Shown one piece after another: positions 58,274 to 64,000 of a DNA stretch of 64,000 nt. The stretch is from positions 734,568-798,567 of the forward strand of contig CAZFGX010000001.1 of the NCBI GenBank assembly GCA_964518565.1. Reading direction: 5' to 3'. Positions within the stretch are counted from its first letter, which is position 1. Every line of letters starts with the position of its first letter. Under the pieces are notes generated by a model that saw only the letters and a program-made list of their open reading frames with translations, was not told the origin of the DNA and made no database searches. The stretch comes from an uncultured Gammaproteobacteria bacterium. GTDB lineage: Bacteria > Patescibacteriota > Microgenomatia > CAZETR01 > Amesbacteraceae. The position numbers and the translations under genes were made by a program.

Positions 58274-58825
58274 CTAAACCTTGTGAAATCGTATCTGCAA
58301 AAAATTTGTCCACAAATATAAAAACCAAGCACCAATCAGGGTAATTACAAAGATACCCACCCAAACAGACGCCGGATCAGTAATAATATTTGTCAAGATT
58401 TGTCCATCCAAACACTTGGCCACTACTTCCACCTCTTCCGCTGGCGGCTTCTCAGGTCCAGGATCAGAAATGAACACAAACTCCCATACACCAGGCTCTA
58501 AATACGTCGTCATTGAGTACACTTTTTCCACAGCCCCAAGTTCCACTCCAGAGACCAACCGAGCTGGAATAACAGTCTGAGGTGTATTGGTATTTTGTAT
58601 CAAAAATTTCGCATGCGACCCTGCTTCAATGCCACACGTACCATCAACTACCAATCTACTTCCCTGGTCAATCCAGATCCGGGTGTTCAAATCAAATGGT
58701 TTATAGCTATACCAAGTTTGAACCAACCAAAATATAGCAAATGCCCACAAGCAAACCAATATGATCATTCCGATAATCCAAACTGGCACAGAGACACCAC
58801 GCAATGTTTTCAATTTCCCAATCAT
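58274..58825 (-). CDS. Hypothetical two-TM membrane protein
   Basis: N- and C-terminal TM helices flank a beta-rich domain; SD GGAGGT. Confidence 0.6.
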   Translation of the reverse strand: MIGKLKTLRGVSVPVWIIGMIILVCLWAFAIFWLVQTWYSYKPFDLNTRIWIDQGSRLVVDGTCGIEAGSHAKFLIQNTNTPQTVIPARLVSGVELGAVEKVYSMTTYLEPGVWEFVFISDPGPEKPPAEEVEVVAKCLDGQILTNIITDPASVWVGIFVITLIGAWFLYLWTNFLQIRFHKV

Positions 58826-58880
58826 AAAACTACCTCCAAAAAAATTCACAATCTCTCAAAGTACCAAATTACTCGTCTGT

Positions 58881-59990
58881 TTACTTGTATCCTACCGGCT
58901 TTTCGGTCAATACAACACCCAGACTCAAACGTCGCTTATCCAAATCTACTGATTCGACAAATACTTCCAACTCATCGCCTTCTTTAAATGCCGTATTAGC
59001 TGGCAATTTTGATGCATGGATCAATCCTTCGACACCCTTCTCTAGTCGCACCAATACACCGTATGGCACCACTTTGGTGACAGCTCCCTTATGCTTCGAA
59101 TCTGTTGCATAGCGTTTACCCACTTCTATCCATGGATCAGATGATAATCGCTTCAGTGACAAAGCCAGTTTTCCAGTTTCTTCATCTACTCCAATTACTT
59201 TAACTTGAACCTTGTCTCCTTCCTTCAGAATCTTATGCACCTCATCGATCTTTTCCCAAGAAATCTCTGAAATATGCACCAAACCTTCGACAGTCTGAGC
59301 CTTCTCGCCTTTTCCAACTGTCACGCTAATAAATGCTCCAAATGGTACAGTACCCACTACTGTTCCTTCATATTCACCACCCAGAGTCACCAGCTCCAAG
59401 GCTTTTTTGCGCTTGTCTAACTCTTCAGATTCAGATACTGCTCGTTCAGACAATACCAATCTGTTTTGACTTCTATCTACTTCTACGACTTTCACTGGAA
59501 AGGATTTGCCTACAAAGGATGAAGTATTTGCTTCCATATCCCGACCAAATTGTGATGTAGGAATAAACCCATACACTCCATCCACATCGACCAACATTCC
59601 ACCCTTAGTAGCTTCTTTTCCTCGAACTGAAACCACAGACTCATCAGCCATTGCTTGTTCAAATGCTTTCCAACGAGTCTCAACCGCAGCTCGTCGCAAA
59701 GACAATACTACATGTCCTGCTTCATTTTCAGACACCAATACCATTCCACTGACTTCATCACCTGGCTTTAAAGACTTAAAATAATCCTTCGCAATGGCAA
59801 ATTCTTGTTCAGATACAACCGCATCAGACTTTCCACCAATATTAATAAATACGGTCTTATTGGTTACTTCCTTAACCTTACCCTTAACAGTTGTTCCTCG
59901 ACGAAAGCCCTTAAAATCATAACCCGTAGACGCCAACAACTCCTCCATGACAGAGCCAGATATATTAGATGAAGATTTCTTTTGAGCCAC
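58881..59990 (-). CDS. rpsA: 30S ribosomal protein S1 (four S1 domains)
   Basis: GFIPTSQ, LVLSER, FGAF, EGLVHISEISW, EGLIHAS; GTG start. Confidence 0.9.
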   Translation of the reverse strand: MAQKKSSSNISGSVMEELLASTGYDFKGFRRGTTVKGKVKEVTNKTVFINIGGKSDAVVSEQEFAIAKDYFKSLKPGDEVSGMVLVSENEAGHVVLSLRRAAVETRWKAFEQAMADESVVSVRGKEATKGGMLVDVDGVYGFIPTSQFGRDMEANTSSFVGKSFPVKVVEVDRSQNRLVLSERAVSESEELDKRKKALELVTLGGEYEGTVVGTVPFGAFISVTVGKGEKAQTVEGLVHISEISWEKIDEVHKILKEGDKVQVKVIGVDEETGKLALSLKRLSSDPWIEVGKRYATDSKHKGAVTKVVPYGVLVRLEKGVEGLIHASKLPANTAFKEGDELEVFVESVDLDKRRLSLGVVLTEKPVGYK

Positions 59991-60048
59991 GATTCATGTC
60001 CACCTTTCTTGTTTAGTTTGGGATTATTATATCAGATTACCCACCCAA

Positions 60049-61662
60049 TTACACCCACTGCCCAAAATATCGTAATGCATCCGCCGTTTTTTCAAATACT
60101 AACTTTTTCTTTTTTAGTCCCAAATACTCTTCACTCTCCTCAAGCCATCGCTCCACAAAAGGACTGACACCAGTAAGAACGATCTCTTTTTTTGCTTGAT
60201 GCGCCATATCAATAATTTCTGAAATACATTCCACACCCTCCATATCAATAAACAACAACTCACGCAAACGTATAACCACCCTCTTATACTCCGACAATCC
60301 TTTACTAAATCGCTCCAAATGCGCCTCTGCATTTAGGTGCAACAACTGCCCTTTAATAGCATAAACAACAATCTCCCCTTTCACATCAATTTCACCCAAC
60401 GTGTCGCCGTTCACTCGATGAACTATACCTTTTTTGGAGTGGTTCAAAATCAACTCAAACTGCCCACGAGACATCTTTTCAACCAACAACAACAACGAAA
60501 CCACCGTACCGACTAAAATTCCATAAATCGGATCAATATACACCATGATAACAGTCACCAAAATAGATATCCAAAAACTCTTTTTGTCCAAATACCACAT
60601 CTCTATAAATCGTTCCCGCTCCACCATTCGAAATGCGACAAACATCAAAATAGCAGCAATTACTGCAATTGGAATATATCTAAAGTACCCTAAAAATAAG
60701 AAAGAAACCACAGCAATAGCAATACAATTAATAGTCGCAGACACTTTGTGTGTCGCCCCTGTTTTAATATTTGTGGCAGTTCGTGCCAAAACTCCAGTCG
60801 CCGGCAAACCACCCATTGCTCCCGACACCAAATTAGCAATTCCAAGTCCAAACATCTCTTTTCGTTTGTTGTAATGGGTCCCAGTCATCCCATCTGCAAT
60901 CTTTGCCGACAATAGTGTCTCCAAAATAGCTACCAATGCCACAGCAATACCTGTAACAATTAGCGAAGGTTCGAATCGCAATGTTGGCATCTTAAAAAGT
61001 ACTGGTGCCAATGCAGGAAACTTCGACCCAAGTGTAGCCAGCTGAATCGGCAACGTGCCAGTGGTAGACAAATACCCTAGCAAAATACCAGGCAAGACAA
61101 GCACGATAGCTGGAGGAATTTTTGGCAGTAGTTTTAACATCACAAACATCATCATTAAAAATACCGTAAATACTAAAAACGTCGGCATAGATATTGCAGA
61201 TAAATGCAAGAAGGTTTCAACCATATTTTCAACAAATCGCTCATGAACTTGTAGTCCAGATAAACCTAAAGCAGAATTTAGCTGACCGCCCGCAATAGTT
61301 ATGGCCACTCCCAAAGTAAACCCGTGAACAACTGAAGCTGGGATAAAAACCAAATATCGTTCTAACTTAAAAACCCAAGAAATCAGAATAAATATTCCCG
61401 TAACGACTGCCAACATCGGCAACAAACTTGCTCCATATGTCAATGCAAATGCTGCCAATATGCCGGTTAATGCTCCAGCCGGTCCTACAATGTTGTAGTT
61501 ACTTCCTCCAAAAATCGAAGCCATCAACCCTGCCCAAATCGCCGTCAATATCCCTTCCACTGGTGTTGCCTGAGACGCAACTGCAAGAGATACCGACAAA
61601 GGAATAGAAACAAATGCAACTGTTAATCCAGATTTCCAATTTTCTTTAATCTTTTCAAACAT
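60049..61662 (-). CDS. SulP/SLC26 inorganic anion transporter with STAS domain
   Basis: SGLTVAFVSIPLS, GPAGA, ETLLSA..AD, GIANL, PATG..ARTA.NI..GA, C-terminal STAS. Confidence 0.92.
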   Translation of the reverse strand: MFEKIKENWKSGLTVAFVSIPLSVSLAVASQATPVEGILTAIWAGLMASIFGGSNYNIVGPAGALTGILAAFALTYGASLLPMLAVVTGIFILISWVFKLERYLVFIPASVVHGFTLGVAITIAGGQLNSALGLSGLQVHERFVENMVETFLHLSAISMPTFLVFTVFLMMMFVMLKLLPKIPPAIVLVLPGILLGYLSTTGTLPIQLATLGSKFPALAPVLFKMPTLRFEPSLIVTGIAVALVAILETLLSAKIADGMTGTHYNKRKEMFGLGIANLVSGAMGGLPATGVLARTATNIKTGATHKVSATINCIAIAVVSFLFLGYFRYIPIAVIAAILMFVAFRMVERERFIEMWYLDKKSFWISILVTVIMVYIDPIYGILVGTVVSLLLLVEKMSRGQFELILNHSKKGIVHRVNGDTLGEIDVKGEIVVYAIKGQLLHLNAEAHLERFSKGLSEYKRVVIRLRELLFIDMEGVECISEIIDMAHQAKKEIVLTGVSPFVERWLEESEEYLGLKKKKLVFEKTADALRYFGQWV

Positions 61663-61730
61663 ATTGATTCAAAAGAATAACAGCATATCGCCGCTGGCCA
61701 CGATTATACTCTCGGAAAATCAATTACTCA

Positions 61731-63425
61731 CTACTTCAAACACACATTCACAAAAGCAACAAAAATGGGATGCGGCGACAGTGGTCGAGATTTATATTCC
61801 GGATGAAATTGAGTTCCAACAAAAAAAGGGTGAGCTGATGTTGGCAATTCTACCGCCTCTACCAAAGTTCCATCTGGACTAGTACCACTAATAACCAGTC
61901 CAGCTTTTTCCAATTGTTCACGATATTGATTGTTAAACTCATATCTATGTCTATGCCGCTCAGATACAATACGTTCGTCGATACAATTTGGCTCTAATCC
62001 ATAACGTTTATAAGCTGTTTCCAAAATCGATCCCTCCAACACCGCACATGGCCAAGCCCCTAATCGAATTGTCCCACCATATTGATGCGCTGCTAAATAT
62101 TTTTCCTGATCAGGCATCAGATGTATAACTGGATATTTTGTTTTTGAATCCACCTCAAAAGAATTTGCACCATCTAAATGCAGAATATGCCGCGCATATT
62201 CAATCACTGCCATCTGCATTCCAAAACACAAACCCAAAAAAGGAATCTTCATTTCTCGAGCCGCTTGTACGGCAGCAATTTTTCCTTCAGTTCCTCGACT
62301 CCCCCAGCCTTGTGGCACAATTACGCCATCAAAATTTGCAAATCTTTTTTTAAGCTCTGGCAGATCTGCCTCTTCAGAATTAATCCATTCCATATCTACA
62401 CCAACGCCCAGTTTTGCCGCAGCATGCTTGATCGCCTCAATCACACAAATATACGAATCCTTCAAGACATAATTCCCTGTCGCAAAATATTTTCCCACCA
62501 TAGCAATTTTTATTTTTTTCTTTGGGGTATGTAGTTGTTTTACAAAATGGGACCAATCTGCCAAATCAATTTTTGTCACCGACAAACCCAACTTCTTAAG
62601 CGCTTTACTTGAAAATTTTTGCTTTTCCATAAAAAGCGGCACTTCATAAATATCATCTAAATCAGGGTTTGAAATAATATCCTCATCCTGCATGTTACAA
62701 AACAAGGCCAGTCGTTCACGTCGCTTATCATCAATTGGTTTTTCACTTCGAGCAATCAAAAAATCTGGCTGTATTCCCATGGAATTCAATACATGCACAG
62801 ATTGTTGCGTTGGCTTACTCTTGAGCTCTCCAATACTTTTAATTACTGGTAAATAAGATACATGTATATGCAGAACATCGTGTGGTTGTCGCAATTTCAT
62901 GATTCTATTTGCCTCGAAAAATAACCCATTTTGATATTCACCCACAGTTCCCCCCAACTCCACTATTACTATTTGAGCTTTATTTACCTCACCAGCTTTT
63001 ACAATTCGACCAATTATCTCGTCAGTTACATGCGGTATTGCTTCCACATCTTCACCATGATACCCAAATGCACGCTCACGATCGATAACAGATTTATATA
63101 CCTGACCAGTGGTCATATAATTTTGTCTATGTAGTGATCGATTTAAATATCGTTCATAGTGTCCCAGATCTTGATCTGTCTCAATACCATCATCCGTCAC
63201 AAACACCTCTCCATGCTCCTGTGGCCGAATCGTCCCCGCATCAACATTAAGATACATATCTATCTTAATATTCGTCGTCCTATACCCATGTGACTCAAGC
63301 AACAACCCTAAACTCGCTGCAGTAATTCCCTTACCCAATCCAGAGATGACTCCCCCACTAACAAAAATATACTTTGTAGTTTTTTTTCTAGCGGGCACTA
63401 AAAGATTATAGTCATCAAAAACCAA
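61731..63425 (-). CDS. pyrG: CTP synthase
   Basis: GGVISGLGKG, HGEVFVTDDG.ETD.DLGHYER, KSKPTQQS, GLCFGMQ, ERHRHRYE, QFHPE. Exact start uncertain. Confidence 0.97.
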   Translation of the reverse strand: MVFDDYNLLVPARKKTTKYIFVSGGVISGLGKGITAASLGLLLESHGYRTTNIKIDMYLNVDAGTIRPQEHGEVFVTDDGIETDQDLGHYERYLNRSLHRQNYMTTGQVYKSVIDRERAFGYHGEDVEAIPHVTDEIIGRIVKAGEVNKAQIVIVELGGTVGEYQNGLFFEANRIMKLRQPHDVLHIHVSYLPVIKSIGELKSKPTQQSVHVLNSMGIQPDFLIARSEKPIDDKRRERLALFCNMQDEDIISNPDLDDIYEVPLFMEKQKFSSKALKKLGLSVTKIDLADWSHFVKQLHTPKKKIKIAMVGKYFATGNYVLKDSYICVIEAIKHAAAKLGVGVDMEWINSEEADLPELKKRFANFDGVIVPQGWGSRGTEGKIAAVQAAREMKIPFLGLCFGMQMAVIEYARHILHLDGANSFEVDSKTKYPVIHLMPDQEKYLAAHQYGGTIRLGAWPCAVLEGSILETAYKRYGLEPNCIDERIVSERHRHRYEFNNQYREQLEKAGLVISGTSPDGTLVEAVELPTSAHPFFVGTQFHPEYKSRPLSPHPIFVAFVNVCLK

Positions 63426-63443
63426 ATAAAAAAGTCCTAAAAA

Positions 63444-63818
63444 TTAACTCCCCAATATTCCGACTTTCAATCTGTTCAAAATTGCCACTGCTGCTGGCGA
63501 ATGGTCAGGCTCTCTATCAGGCCGATTATGAAATAAACTTGTCGCGTCTTTTCCACATCCTTGTAAAATTTTGTCTCCTCCAGGATGTAATTTTACATAA
63601 GCAGTCACATCATATACACCGCCATCAATAGCCATCCAACAATCGTTTTGTGAATTATGACTAGAAATATCTGCCAAAGTATATGTCTTCATTTGGTCTA
63701 CTGGAACCGGTGTCGGTAACGCCGAAATCGCACTAGACAAATTTGAAGACTTAAACACCCAAAACCCCACTCCCAAAACAACCAAAACCAGCAAGGCAAT
63801 AAGTATATTTTTTTTCAT
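63444..63818 (-). CDS. Membrane-anchored cytochrome b5-like heme-binding protein
   Basis: HN...DCWMAIDG.VYDVT.Y...HPGG..I...CGKDAT..F..HS; N-terminal TM. Confidence 0.9.
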   Translation of the reverse strand: MKKNILIALLVLVVLGVGFWVFKSSNLSSAISALPTPVPVDQMKTYTLADISSHNSQNDCWMAIDGGVYDVTAYVKLHPGGDKILQGCGKDATSLFHNRPDREPDHSPAAVAILNRLKVGILGS

Positions 63819-63835
63819 ATATATTTATTCTAAAC

Positions 63836-64000
63836 TCAAATTCTGACATTTTGCTGAATATCAGCAACGAGTTGCGGACCTTCAAAAATCATTCCCGTAA
63901 TTAATTGTATTTTTGTCGCACCCACAGCCAATTTTTCTTTCGCATCTCTATAATTAAATACTCCCCCACATCCTACAATTTCAAATCTATTTTTAAACTT
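63836..64000 (-). CDS. pyrD: Dihydroorotate dehydrogenase, 3' fragment (class 2-like C-terminus)
   Basis: Translated by hand: KFKNRFEIVGCGGVFNYRDAKEKLAVGATKIQLITGMIFEGPQLVADIQQNVRI*. Confidence 0.8.
   Translation of the reverse strand, partial: KFKNRFEIVGCGGVFNYRDAKEKLAVGATKIQLITGMIFEGPQLVADIQQNVRI

Noticed and set aside
1-64000. Alternative genetic code (UGA=Gly as in Gracilibacteria/SR1)
   Set aside because: Conserved genes translate full-length in code 11, and several, such as leuS and comEA, end at TGA at the expected position.

Overview
The window looks like a Patescibacteria (CPR) chromosome segment, probably Microgenomates-like; this is inferred from gene style, not from a marker-gene tree. 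It uses genetic code 11 and is densely coded, and the + strand is visibly C-rich and G-poor throughout. In order it holds: two giant surface proteins (a 5'-truncated Ser/Thr/Gly repeat fibre with a C-terminal autocleavage-chaperone-like domain, and a multi-LamG protein); uppS, proS, tyrS; glycosyltransferases; leuS-comEA-split comEC; a RAYT-like gene with substituted catalytic residues; two tRNA-Ala genes; a scrambled peptidoglycan cluster (murE, mraY, murC, murD, murI, pgeF, murA, murB, ddl, murF) with a DUF559 nuclease between palindromic inverted repeats; a two-component/general-stress islet; a polyprenyl synthase and rho; a three-gene operon; a sortase with substrates; a structured non-coding region; radA, rpsA, SulP, pyrG, cytochrome b5 and the 3' end of pyrD. 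The best candidate for an undescribed system is the operon at 51274-54711. It encodes a J-domain/pseudokinase fusion, a vWA protein and an adenylosuccinate-synthetase paralogue with a replaced aspartate-binding loop, and an NrtR-like GT-N7-AC palindrome overlaps its promoter. All calls come from reading motifs by eye; no searches or folding programs were run.
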